Source of the DNA: the human T2T-CHM13v2.0 reference genome, Homo sapiens
Assembly: GCA_009914755.4 (NCBI GenBank)
Contig: CP068257.2
Coordinates: forward strand, 2,272,001-2,336,000
Length of the DNA stretch: 64,000 bases
Direction of reading: 5' to 3'
The position numbers and the translations under genes were made by a program. Shown one piece after another: positions 28,161-39,378 of this stretch. The notes beneath the pieces were generated by a model. It ran no database searches. It was given only the letters and a program-made list of their open reading frames with translations, and had not been told where the DNA came from. Within the stretch, counting starts at the first letter, position 1. Each line of letters begins with the position of its first letter.

Positions 28161-30801
28161 AGTAAATAAAATTAAAAATAAAGATATTCACTGAACCTGT
28201 TACTATGATATATTTAAGCAAGACACGGTGACCCTAAAAATTAGAGATCATTGAAGACCAAAGTAACAACACGTGGTCATTATTTCTCAAATTGAAGTAT
28301 ATAAAATATATAAAATAAATAAATTTAATTGCATGCTTAGGTAAGAAAATATTGATAAAAATGATTGAATATTTTATCTTATTTCATAATTCTAAGCAGG
28401 GCTTTAGCACAATATGAAAACTAGATTATTCATGTAATCCAAATAAAAGACAATTTTTATTCTAATTTTAACTCAGAAATTATTTTGCTTATTTAACAAT
28501 TTTACTGAAAGGTAAATGAGATAAATAGGACAGATTATAATTACCTAACATTGCTATGGTAACTTATGTACAAATAGCTGTTCGTCACTGAAAGTCAAAA
28601 AAGTAACCAGCGCTACAACTTAAGATGGATCATACAACAGAAATTAGTACCAAGTTACCTTATCTTATAATATTATGTTATTAAAATGAAATTTTAAAAC
28701 AACACCAAAAATTAAGTTGGGGCTATACAAAGTGTGCAGAAAAGATTTCATATAACAGGCAAGAGACTGCCATCCTTAGAAAGGCCTGCATGCAAGGCTG
28801 GCCCTTGGCTGGTGTTTAGGAAATTGGAATTGGGAGGGTTTCCACCATTCCCTGAGAAGAGTGGCTCACTGTGTCTAAAGTTTTTATAGAAACCGCCAAT
28901 GGGTGAAATCCAAAGCAGCAGCTGGTGTATCCATTAACATTCTCAAAACAGGATGCATCTGGACCCCTGTGTGCAATCTTCATAGCACACAGACACTAAA
29001 TAGAAAGGCAGTCATTGCTGCCAAACAGGACCCAAATGCCACACACAGTGCAATGAAGCTATAAGCTCCCTATGGAGAGAAAAGTAGACAAATAAAAAAT
29101 ATTCAATATCCAATCCAAGTCCACATTAAATCTTGATTCCAGAAACGTGCATTAACCACTTCAAAGACTAAAATTTAAACCATCTTTTCTATAGCGATTT
29201 CCCATTTGGTTGGCAGGCATACAGGAGTAGAGAATGATTTAATTTACTTACAAGTATTCAGAAAAGATAGTGACCTCTACATTCAACCAGCTACAGCAGC
29301 TTAGCAGCCAGCCAAAGCCTGCATCTCTCCCACCTTAAGATTTAGTGGTTGGCTAGAATTAGCAGCATCCAGGCCACATCTATCTCTGCATTCTAAGTTT
29401 GCTTCCAAGATAAAGATACAAATGCAGGCTGGCTCCAACCTAGCCAGAGATCCCAGCCCCACTCTCTGCATCCCAAAATCCCTCAAAGACCCAAGAGACT
29501 TTCCAGATTTCTACAGTCTCCTCACAGGTTCCCATGACAGTTAAATGCCCTCTCTTTACCTCAAATAGCTGCAGGTAGAATATAATGGGTACAACAGAAA
29601 ATCACTGTAAGTGTAATATGAAGATAAACAGCCCTTTTAAGCATTTCATTATATTACATCTAGCTTACTTCTAAGTGATTTATTCAGATGTGACTGAAGA
29701 AAGTCTAAAGGGAAAAAAAGCAATTTAATTTGATAAATTAAATTATCAATTATAGCCAAATTATTTGGCTATAACAAATTAAACATTTTAAGCAGACAGA
29801 AGATGCAAACATTTTAAGTTGACAGAAGATATAAAATGTTCACTATCAAAATGTCGCAACTGATAAAAATGTTCTCAAATATTTCTGTCTCAAACTTGCA
29901 TTGTTCATTAAGGAAGCAAAATAGATGGGACATACACAGCAACAACATCCCTCAAAAAACACCTTGGCTCATTCCTATAAGCCAGGCAGCAAATACATCA
30001 TCCTTACATATGTTAATTACCTTCCAATTTCAAATTCTCAACTGTGAAATAAAGGGCCATTTTATTTGGCTGCTTCCAGTTCAATATGACTGTTTTTATT
30101 AAAACATCTCTAACTTGAAAAATATTTGGTGTTTTCTAAAAAACTGCAAATTGCCACAAATGGCCAGATAATTTGGAATAAACGCCCTACAGAAAAAAAT
30201 ATATATTCAAGTTGCATAAGTCACTTTGAGCAATCCTTTGAAGATATTTCATTTATATCTAAATGAACCACAGGTTTAGCTGGCTTTTCCGGAAAACCAG
30301 AAGCAAATAAAGTATGATTATAATGAAAACCATCTCAAGCAATTTTGAAACGAAGTACCACATGTCTTATGCTGTCCCTTCCATGCACTTGACAAAACAG
30401 CCTATAACAAATTGTTTACTTTGACATTTAGCAGGAAAATTCCACGAGGTTTAAATGAGATGACTACTAATAAGCCATCTACCTTTGACTCTATTCCAAT
30501 TAAAAATGGGTTAGGAAAGTCCTTTGAAAATCAAGTGTGTTCATCAGGGAATCATTTACCTAAGTCTTCTTAACACTGCTTAGTGAATATTAAGCCTGAT
30601 ATAGTAAATACACGCTAACCACTAAATTGAAGGGGAAAGAGGGAGAACAAAGAGACAAGTAAAGTACACTTACTTTTTCTAGTAGGAAAAAGCCAATTAA
30701 AACTATCACCTATTAGTTTTATTGGAATCAGTCTTACAGGAGGTCAAACTTCCTACTGTCGCTACCTATTCTCAATATTTTTCTTATTTCTTCCTAAACT
30801 T

Positions 30802-31107
30802 CTAGAGCCGTGCTGTCCAATAAATATGTGAGCCACATATGTAATTTTAAATGTACTAGTAAACCCCATTAAAAGGTGAAATTAATTTTAAATATACTTA
30901 ACTCAGTATGTCCCAAATAGTAATCATAGTAATAATTTTAACATGTAATCAATATAAAAAATTATCAAGCAGATATTCTACGCTGTTCTTCCCACTCCAA
31001 TGACAAAATCCAGTATATATAACACAACACATCTCAATTAGGACTAGCCAGGATTTCAAGTGCTCAACAGTTACAGGTGGCTAGTGCCTACTGAATTGGA
31101 CACTGCA
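30802..31107. mobile_element. Non-autonomous DNA-transposon-like element (MITE) with roughly 35-bp terminal inverted repeats
   Basis: The 5' end gccgtgctgtccaataaatatgtgagccacat is the reverse complement of the 3' end aggtggctagtgcctactgaattggacactgcag. The body is AT-rich and non-coding. I did not assign a family. Confidence 0.45.
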
Positions 31108-31741
31108 GTTTCAGTGCATTGAATTTCTATCCCACTTAGCGCTAATTAAAACTTCACCCTCTCACCTGATAATTATGTTAAGCTCTCAGAAAGTAACCCA
31201 CTACAGGCAGTTTCAAGCCCTAATTTACCTCTAATTACTCTTACAGCAATGCAATGAATCATGATTTAAAATTTTAAAAAAAATTGCTGTTAAATTATTA
31301 GTCAAGAGCCCAGGGCAATGGACAGTAAAGAAATAATGTAGGCCATGGGCCGAGATGACAAAACGGTCCTTTTATTTAAAGCTATAACAATAATCTGAAG
31401 CCAGCCCTGTAAAATAGACATCCATTGAAAAAGGCATGCTAGTTCTTTTGCTTTTTTGTGTACTTGGCCTCCTGTGTCCCTAAACAGATCTCTTCTCAGC
31501 AGGGTTTGCTCAGCAAGTCACTTGTTGAGTCTTGCGGTCAACAGAGGGCGTAGGGAATGGCAGGGGCTGGCATAGGAGTGAGGGGGTGGAGGCAAGGTGA
31601 GGGGGGCCAGGTGAGGAGGGGGGCACTTGAAGGGGAGTTCAAGACCAGCCTGGGCAACATGGTGAGACCACCGCCCCTCACCGCTGCCATCTCTGGTCTC
31701 ACTCTGGTCTCTCACACATGCACAAATTAAATTTAATTTAA

Positions 31742-32097
<356 letters not shown>

Positions 32098-32961
32098 GTA
32101 TACATTCATTTTGTAGAACTATAGATCCCATGTAACTGGGAACTCTTTACTCTTCTAACACAACATTTATTTAGCCACAAATAAAAGACCAGTGATGTAG
32201 CCTGTACACAAAAAAGTAAGAAAACACTGGTTAGGCTGGGACAGGGGTAGGGGAAAGAGATCTACAAAATTAAAATTTTATTGGGAAGGATCACTAATTA
32301 GAATCAGAACAATTACTGCTTTAAAGTAGTTAAGAACAGAGCACAAGGAACCCAGAGAAGAAGCAGATATGATTCAGAGCAGAGCTTACAGAGCAGATGG
32401 TATCTGAGCCGAGACTGATAGAATAACATTAATAAGGGCATTCACGGCCATTTATTATCACTTAACTGCAATGCATTTTGTATAAGTTATTTCTACTCTT
32501 CATATCAACCATGGAAAATAATACTTATTCTTCTCTTTTGAAGTTAAAGAAGTGGTAAGTGGTCTAAGAAGATAAATTAACATACCAACACCATATAGCT
32601 CAAGTTCAGTGACTCAAGAGGGCCCACGTCTCCCCAAGAGGTTGCTCAGCAGGCAGGCGAGGTAGAGAGCCCTTCCAAGAAGTGACAGTGAGATGTGAAA
32701 GGTCTCAGTGTGTCTCTGAGAACAACAGAAACCAGTATGTAGACCAAGTGGGAAAAGCCACGGAAGAGGCAGGGATTTCCTCTTAAGATAGCAAGAATAA
32801 ACAGAGCAGGGCTGAGGGAAGCCATGGAAAACGGGCAGAATACCATGCACTTAGTGAGAAAAAAACAGCTTTTACTTTAGAAAGGGGGAAAGAATGGTGG
32901 TGGTCTAGGTAAGCCTAGAAGCAGAGGAAAGGGCAATGGAGAAAAAATAAACAAAATGTAT

Positions 32962-33344
32962 GAGTCAGGGTTCTCCAGAGGTACAGAACCAACAAGATAC
33001 ACGTATATGTATAAGGGAGTTTACGAGAGAGAATTGGTTCACACGGTTAGAAGGCAGTCCCACAATAGGCTGTCTGCCAGGTAGGGAAAGAGAGAAGCTA
33101 GTAGTGGCTCAGTCCAAGTCCAAAAGCCTTAAAACCAGGAAAGCCCGCAGTGCAGTCTTCAGTATGAGGCCGAGGGCCTGAGAGCCTCGGGAAAGCCGCT
33201 GGTGCAAGTCCGAGAGTCCAAAGGCATAAGAACCTGGAGTCTCATGTCCGAGGGCAGGAAGAAGGGAAGCAAGTGTCCTGCACGGGAAGAAGAAAAAAAG
33301 AGAGCCAGAAGCTTCAGCTAGCAAGGTTATCCCATCTTCCTCCG
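32962..33344 (+). mobile_element. Ancient LTR-type interspersed repeat fragment (family not assigned); truncated where the satellite begins
   Basis: The sequence starts tgtatgagtcagggttctccagaggtacagaaccaacaagatacacgtatatgtataagggagtttac...ggttcacacggttagaaggcagtcccac... I recognise it as a common old mammalian LTR consensus type (cagggttctccagag...aaccaatagg...). Homology stops at about 33345, where the satellite starts. Confidence 0.35.
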
Positions 33345-34325
33345 CCTGCTTTATTCTATACAGTGCAGCGTGTGTACACCACTTCTGTGATATTGTTCCT
33401 AATATCCATGGGAAGAAAGAGTGATGTTACTCCCAATAGCTTATGGGGGTGTACATCCCCTGTGATATTATTCCTAGTATGCAGGGACAGGGAAAGGATG
33501 ACATTACTCCCAATATCGCAGAGGGTGTACTCCCCGCCTTGTGATATTGTTCCTAATATTTAGGGGATAGTGGGTGATATTACTCCCAATATCACAGGGG
33601 GTGTGCACCCCCCGTGGTATTCTTCCTAATATCCGGGGTGGGGGGAGAGGTTGATATTACTGTCATTGTCACAGGGGGTGTACATCCTCCCGTGGTATTG
33701 TTCCTAATATCTGGGGGGGGGAGAGGATATTACTGTCACTATCACAGGGGGTGTAGACCCCTTCAGTGATAATGTTACTAATATCTGGGGGGGAGAGGAT
33801 GATATTACTGTCAATATCGCAGGGGGTGTACACCCCCCGTGGTATTGTTCCTAATATCCGGGGGGGGGGGGGGAAGAGGAAATTACTGTCAATATCACAG
33901 TGGGTGTACACCTCTTCTGTGATATTGTTCCTAATATCCTGGGGGGAGAGGATATTACTGTCAATATCGCAGGGAATTTACAACCCTTCTGTGATATTGC
34001 TCCTAATATCCGGGGGTGGGAGAGGATATTACTGTCAATATCGCAGGGGGTGTACACCCCTTCTGTGATATTGTTCCTAATATCCAGGTGGGGAGAGGAT
34101 CATATCACTTTCAATATCGCCAAGTGTGTACATCCCCATTGTGATATTGTTCCTATATTTAGGGGATAGTGGATTACATTACTGTCAATATCACAGGGGG
34201 TGTGCAACCCCCATGGTATTGTTCCTAATGTCCAGTGAGGGAGAAAACACTACTACTTCCAATATGGCAGGGGGTGTACACGTCCTATGCAATACTGTTC
34301 CTATATCCATGGGGGAAAAGGATAT
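33345..34325 (+). repeat. Satellite block A1: about 72-bp tandem units, orientation A
   Basis: About 13 tandem units of consensus roughly GGGGTGTACACCCC-cTGTGATATTGTTCCTAATATCCAGGGGGAGAGGATGATATTACTCCCAATATCACAG. Examples are 33919-33990 and 33991-34064. Units are 70-78 bp and about 80-90% similar to each other. Confidence 0.9.
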
Positions 34326-35152
34326 TGGGAACAATATTACAAACAATATCACAGGGGGGTGTACATGTCCTGAGATATGAGGAGTAATATAACACTCTCC
34401 CCCTCTAGATATTACAAACTGTATCACAGAGGGGTGTAAACCCCCTGCGATGTGGAAAGTAATATCATCCTCTCCCCCACTGGATATTACAAATAATATC
34501 ACAGATGGTGTACATATGAGGTGTTTATGATATTGGGAGTAACATCATATCCCCCAGTGGATATTATGAACAATATCACAGAGGGGTGTATACACACTCT
34601 GCCTTATAGGGAGTAATATACTCCTCTCCCACCCTGGATATTACAAAAAATATCACAGAGGGTGTACACACAGGGTGTTTATGGTATTGGAAGTAGTATT
34701 ATCTCCCCCATGGATATTACTAATAATATCACAGGGGTGTGTACATCCCCTGTGATACAGGGAGTAATATCATCCTTTCCCAGCCTGGATATTACAAACA
34801 ATATGGCAGGGGGCAGTACACCCTTGCGATATGGGTAGTAACATCATCTCCTCCCCGCGTGGATATTATGAACAATATTCTAGGGGGTTGTACACCCCCT
34901 GCAATATGGGGAGTAGCATCATCCTCCCCCCCACTAGATATTATAAACAATATCACAAGGGGGTGTACACTTCCTGTGATAAAAGGAGAAATACAGTTCT
35001 TTCCCCCCAGAGATATTATGAACAATATCGCAGGGAATTGTTCTCCCATGCTATATGGGGAGTAACATCTTCATCTTCCCCCTGGATATTACGAAAAATA
35101 ATGCAGGGGAATGTAAATCCCCTGCGATATGGGGAGTAAAATCATTCTCTCT
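34326..35152 (-). repeat. Satellite block B1: same satellite in inverted orientation
   Basis: Units read as the reverse complement of block A (…GGATATTACAAACAATATCACAGGGGGTGTACACCCCCTGCGATATGGGGAGTAATATCATCCTCTCCCC…). The orientation switch occurs inside a unit at about 34326. The block continues from 35457 to 35496 after the AluY. Confidence 0.85.
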
Positions 35153-35456
<304 letters not shown>

Positions 35457-35496
35457 TCAAATCATTCTCTCCCTCCCTGGATATTATGGACAATAT

Positions 35497-36060
35497 CACA
35501 GGGGGGTATAGAATGAGTTTCTAGAATATATTTGAGGAGGGTGACGGGCGGTGTGTGCATGCTTCATGGCCTTATTCAATTAAACACTCTGCTCTCAATT
35601 TATTGCTAAATCCTCCTTGAGCCCTTAGATTTCATAACGGTTGTCGCGACATTTTTCTGGATGTAGAAAACGTTCCCATTTCTTGCCACCTCATGGGCTA
35701 CACCTTGACCTAAAGTTTTTGTGTAGATACTTGTGCTTACTCTGCAGCCTTTCCAGGGTTTGCTGAAGATGGAGGTATTTAGGCTGGGCAAGAGGTGGTG
35801 AGGTAAATTGGGGTTTATCGATTATAGAACAGGTTCCTTTAGAGGGATATAAAGCACCGCCAAGTCCTTTGAGTTTTAAGCTGTTGCTTGTAGTGTTCTG
35901 GCGAACAGTTTTTTTGATCTAACTATTTGAGTTTAGAGTTAAGCATAGCGGGGTATCTACTCCCAGTTTGGATCTTAGCTATTTTGTCTTCAGAATATTA
36001 AAGGCACCTTCGTAGTTATTTCAGCTGGGGTTTTTTTTACAACTTTTTTACAACTTATTT
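35497..36060 (-). pseudogene. MT-RNR1: NUMT copy of mitochondrial 12S rRNA (partial)
   Basis: RC alignment to human 12S from about GGATTAGATACCCCACTATGCTTAGCC through GTACACACCGCCCGTCACCCTCCTCAAGTATACTT. Confidence 0.85.
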
Positions 36061-36094
36061 AGAAACTTTCAGGTTTCTAAATATATGAATGAAC

Positions 36095-37157
36095 CATAAT
36101 ATAAGCCTTGGCCAATACAATGCCGGTTAGGCCTCCTACTGTAAAAAGGAAAACAAATCCCCGGGCTCACAGCATTGCGGGGGATCATTTGATATTACCG
36201 CCGTGAAGTGTAGCTAGCTAGTCAGCTAAAAACTTTGACGCTAGTAGGAATAGCAATAATTATAATAGCAGAGGTGAAGCAGGCTCATGTATCCACATCT
36301 ATCCCTACCGTAAATATACGGTGGGCCCATACAATAAACCGTAAGGATCCAACTGATCCTATAGCTCACACTAGGCCCATATACCTGAATGGTTCTTTTC
36401 CAGAATAGTATGTTACGACGTGGGAAATTATCCCAAAGCCCAGTGGGATGAGGATGTAGACTTCAGGGTGACCAAAGAATCTGAATAAATGCTGAAATAA
36501 GATAGGATCACCTCCGCCAGCCAGGTAGAAAAAACTAGTATTAAGATTGCAGTCAGTTAACAATATAGTGATGCTGGCGGCTAGGACTCGGAGACAAAGG
36601 AGTAGAAGAACTGCTGTAATTAGGACTAATCAGATGAAGAGGGGTGTGTGATATTGGGACATGGCTGGGGGTTTTATATTAACAATTGTGGTAATAAAGT
36701 TAATAGCCCCTGAAGTAGAAGAAACACCTGTCAAGTGGAGTGAAAAGATAGTGAAACCTACAGAGGCGCCTGCATGTGTTAGGTTTCCTGCTAAGGGAGG
36801 AGAGACTGTTCAGCCGGTTCCAGTGCCGGCTTCTACTATAGTGGATGCAAGTAATAATAGGAAGGAGGGTGGGAGGAGTCAGAAGCTCATATTATTTATG
36901 CAGAGAAATGCTATATCAGGGGCGCCAATTATCGGGGGACTAATCAGTTGCCAAGACCTCCAATTATAGTATTACTATAAAGAAAATTATGACAAATGCA
37001 TAGGCTATAACAATGACATAAATTTGATCATCTAGTAGAGTTCAGCTCGAATAAGGCTTAAAGCTGTACTGACTATCCCTGCTCATGTGCCAAATAATAA
37101 ACATAATGTCCCGATATCTTTATGGTTGGTTGAGATTAGTCAACTGTCAGCCAACAT
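36095..37157 (-). pseudogene. MT-CO1: NUMT copy of COX1 5' two-thirds (decayed)
   Basis: Minus-strand ORF 36366..36563 reads [65 protein letters not shown], matching human COX1 [66 protein letters not shown]. The ATG is at RC 37155-37157. A small internal deletion lies near the 5' end. Non-conservative changes show it is non-functional. Confidence 0.9.
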
Positions 37158-37176
37158 AAATGAAGTGAGAAAAAAG

Positions 37177-37243
37177 GGTAAAATGACTGAGTAGGGCATT
37201 AGACTGTACATCTAAAAACAGAGGTCAACGCCTGTTTTTACCA
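37177..37243 (+). pseudogene. MT-TY: NUMT copy of mt-tRNA-Tyr
   Basis: ggtaaaatgactgagtagggcattagactgtacatctaaaaacagaggtcaacgcctgtttttacca matches human ggtaaaatggctgagtgaagcattggactgtaaatctaaagacaggggttaggcctcttttacca. Confidence 0.85.
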
Positions 37244-37308
37244 GTCCCAAGGTGATTTTCATGTTGAATTGTAAATTCAAAGAAGCAGCTTCAATCCTGC
37301 TTCTCTCA
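37244..37308 (+). pseudogene. MT-TC: NUMT copy of mt-tRNA-Cys
   Basis: gtcccaaggtgattttcatgttgaattgtaaattcaaagaagcagcttcaatcctgcttctctca matches human agctccgaggtgattttcatattgaattgcaaattcgaagaagcagcttcaaacctgccggggctt. Confidence 0.8.
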
Positions 37309-37336
37309 CCTTTTTTCCCCCAGCGGCTGGAGAAGT
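37309..37336 (+). promoter_or_regulatory. NUMT copy of the mitochondrial light-strand origin (OriL) hairpin
   Basis: ccttttttcccccagcggctggagaag matches human ctcccgccttttttcccggcggcgggagaag. It sits between the tRNA-Cys and tRNA-Asn copies as in mtDNA. It is non-functional in the nuclear context. Confidence 0.6.
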
Positions 37337-37404
37337 AGATTCAAACCAGTTGACTAGGGAGTTTAGCTGTTAAGTTTTCATGGGTTTAAGCCTCATCAAT
37401 TTAG
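37337..37404 (+). pseudogene. MT-TN: NUMT copy of mt-tRNA-Asn
   Basis: tagattcaaaccagttgactagggagtttagctgttaagttttcatgggtttaagcctcatcaatttag matches human tagattgaagccagttgattagggtgcttagctgttaactaagtgtttgtgggtttaagtcccattggtctag. Confidence 0.8.
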
Positions 37405-37465
37405 TAAGGACTTAGCTTACTTAAAGTGATTGATCTGTATTCAATTGACCAAGGGTGTTCTGTAT
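37405..37465 (+). pseudogene. MT-TA: NUMT copy of mt-tRNA-Ala (3'-truncated at the segment junction)
   Basis: taaggacttagcttacttaaagtgattgatctgtattcaattgaccaagggtg matches human taagggcttagcttaattaaagtggctgatttgcgttcagttgatgcagagtg. Homology ends where the COX3 segment begins. Confidence 0.65.
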
Positions 37466-38063
37466 CTGAGAAAGTACATTTCAGGGTCACCATACAACAA
37501 CTGTTCAAAAAGGCCTCCAATATGGGACAGTCCTATTTATTATCTCAGAAATATTCCTCTTCGCTGGATTCTTTTGAGCATTCTACCATTCTAGCTTAGC
37601 CCCTACTCCAGAATTAGGAGGGCATTGACCCCCAACAGGTATTTCTCCCCTTGACCCCCTGGAAGTACCTCTCCTGAATCCATCTGTATTACTTGCATCA
37701 GGAGTTTCAATTACTTGAGCCCATCACAGCCTAACAAAAAATAATCAAAAACATGCAAGCCAAGCACTACCTGTTACAATTATATTAGATATTTACTTCA
37801 CCCTCCTACAAGTCTCAGAATACTTCAAAGCTCCCTTTGCTATTTCTGATGGTATTTATGGCTCAACATTTTTTTATAGCTACAGGCTTTCACAGAATTC
37901 ACATCATTATTGGATCAACTTTCCTCAATCTGCCTTCTCCGCCAATTAAAATACCACTTTACATCTAGTCGTCACTTTGCCTTTGAAGCCGCTGCCTGAT
38001 ATCAACACTTTGTAGATGTAGTATGACTATTCTTGTATGTTTCTATTTATTGATGAGGATCTT
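37465..38063 (+). pseudogene. MT-CO3: NUMT copy of COX3 (codons about 60 to the end)
   Basis: The sequence from aaagtacatttcagggtcaccatacaacaactgttcaaaaaggcctccaatatgggacagtcctatttattatctcagaa... matches human gaaagcacataccaaggccaccacacaccacctgtccaaaaaggccttcgatacgggataatcctatttattacctcagaa... It continues to ...ctatttattgatgaggatctta, the COX3 incomplete stop. Confidence 0.85.
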
Positions 38064-38125
38064 ACTCTTTTAGTATAAATAGTACCATGATTTCCAAAGT
38101 TTTGATAGCATCCGAAAAACAGTAA
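38064..38125 (+). pseudogene. MT-TG: NUMT copy of mt-tRNA-Gly
   Basis: actcttttagtataaatagtaccatgatttccaaagttttgatagcatccgaaaaacagtaa matches human actcttttagtataaatagtaccgttaacttccaattaactagttttgacaacattcaaaaaagagta. Confidence 0.8.
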
Positions 38126-38435
38126 TTCACCTAACATTAACCCTAGTAATCAACACCCTATTAGCCCTGTTACTAATAATTATTACATTTTGGCTCCCAC
38201 AACTTAATATATATATGTAGAGAGAGAGAAAAATATATATATGTGTATAAAATAAATATATATAGAAAAATCTAGCCCTTATGAATGCAGATTTGACCCT
38301 CTATCCTCTGCCCACATTCCCTTCTCCATAAAATTCTTTCTAGTAGCCATCACATTTCCCCATTTGAGTTAGAACTCGCCCTACTACTACCCTTACTGTG
38401 AGCCCTTCAAACAATCTGATACTAATAATCCCTGC
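38126..38435 (+). pseudogene. MT-ND3: NUMT copy of ND3 (5' about 85%), carrying an inserted TA-rich microsatellite
   Basis: ttcacctaacattaaccctagtaatcaacaccctattagccctgttactaataattattacattttggctcccacaactta... matches human ataaacttcgccttaattttaataatcaacaccctcctagccttactactaataattattacattttgactaccacaactcaa. The segment 38208-38268 (tatatatatgtagagagagagaaaaatatatatatgtgtataaaataaatatatata) is absent from mtDNA. Confidence 0.85.
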
Positions 38436-39378
38436 GATATGTGTAGTGACTTCATACTTCAACTCCCCGGATATTACGGCCAATATCAGAGTGGAGTGTG
38501 CACCCCTTGCAATATGGGGAGTGATATCATCCTCTCCCCACTGGATGTTATGGACAATATCACAGGAGGTTTACTTTCTCTGGGTTATGGGGAAAAATAT
38601 CCTCCTGTCCCCGCCTGGATGTTAGACATATTTAGAGGGGGTTGTCCACCCCCTGTGATATGGGGAGTAGTAATATCCTCTCCTGCCCTGGATGTTATGG
38701 ACAATATATAGGGAGATGTACAATCCCTTCGATATGGGGAGTAATATCATCCTCTTCCCCCTAAAAGTTATGAACAGTATCACAGGGGGGTGTACACCCC
38801 CTGCAATATCTGGAGTAGTATCATCCCCTCCTTCCCTAAATGTTACAGAGACTATCACAGGGGTGTGTACACCTTCTGAAACATGGGAATAATATTCTCT
38901 TCCCCTCTGGATGTTATTATGGACAACATTACAGCCGTGTGCACCCTCGATGATATGCAGAGTAATATCATCCTCTCCCCCCCGGATGTAAGTGACAATA
39001 CCACAAACGGGTTTACATCCCCCGTGATATGGGGAGTAATATCATCCTCTTTCCCACTGGATATTAACAATATCACTTGGGGTGTACAACCCCTGTGATA
39101 TTCGGGATAATATCTTCTAATCCACTGAAAATTATAAACAATATCACCAGTATACACTCCCTGTGATATTGGAAGTAATATCATCCTCTAATCCCCTAAA
39201 AATTATGAACAGTATCACAGGGGAGTGTATACTTCCTACTATATTGGGAGTAATATCATCCTGTCGTCTTCTAAATATTATGAACAATATTACAGGGGAT
39301 GTAACACTCCCTGCGATATGTGGAGTAATATCATCCTCTCCTTCCCTAAATATTGTGAACAATATCACAGGAGGTTGT
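38436..39378 (-). repeat. Satellite block B2: inverted orientation, resumes immediately after the NUMT
   Basis: Resumes with CCTGCGATATGTGTAGTGA...GGATATTACGGCCAATATCAGAG... units of the same roughly 72-bp family as block B1. Confidence 0.85.

Larger units (their letters stand above)
35497..38435. other. Composite NUMT (nuclear mitochondrial DNA insertion) of about 2.9 kb, made of three non-contiguous mtDNA segments
   Basis: Segment 1, about 35497-36060, is the reverse complement of the 12S rRNA 3' two-thirds. It includes the universal gtgacgggcggtgtgt (RC of acacaccgcccgtcac) and RC of ggtcaaggtgtagcccatgaggtggcaagaaatggg. Segment 2, about 36095-37470, is the reverse complement of COX1 codons 1 to about 340 plus tRNA-Tyr, Cys, OriL, Asn and Ala. 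Segment 3, about 37465-38435, is forward-orientation COX3 3' part, tRNA-Gly and ND3. Identity to human mtDNA is only about 75-80% by eye. The NUMT is flanked on both sides by B-orientation satellite units. Confidence 0.9.

Noticed and set aside
31575-31700. Apparent Alu at 31632-31666 (agttcaagaccagcctgggcaacatggtgagacc)
   Set aside because: Only about 35 bp of Alu-like sequence is embedded in G-rich material. It is too short to call an element and is noted only as a fragment.
33273-35139. Dozens of 60-110-aa ORFs on both strands through the satellite (for example 33766..34068, 34191..34502, 34831..35139, and many in 38398-42261)
   Set aside because: They are periodic, mutually overlapping in all frames, and simply reflect the stop-poor repeat unit (ISQGVYTP.VILFLIS and PCDI.SNII motifs repeat every unit). 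The sequence is satellite DNA, not coding.
36661-36969. 102-aa plus-strand ORF inside the NUMT
   Set aside because: It is antisense to the COX1 pseudocopy. The sense-strand COX1 reading (36366..36563 and beyond) requires the mitochondrial code and carries disruptive substitutions, so no functional nuclear CDS is present.
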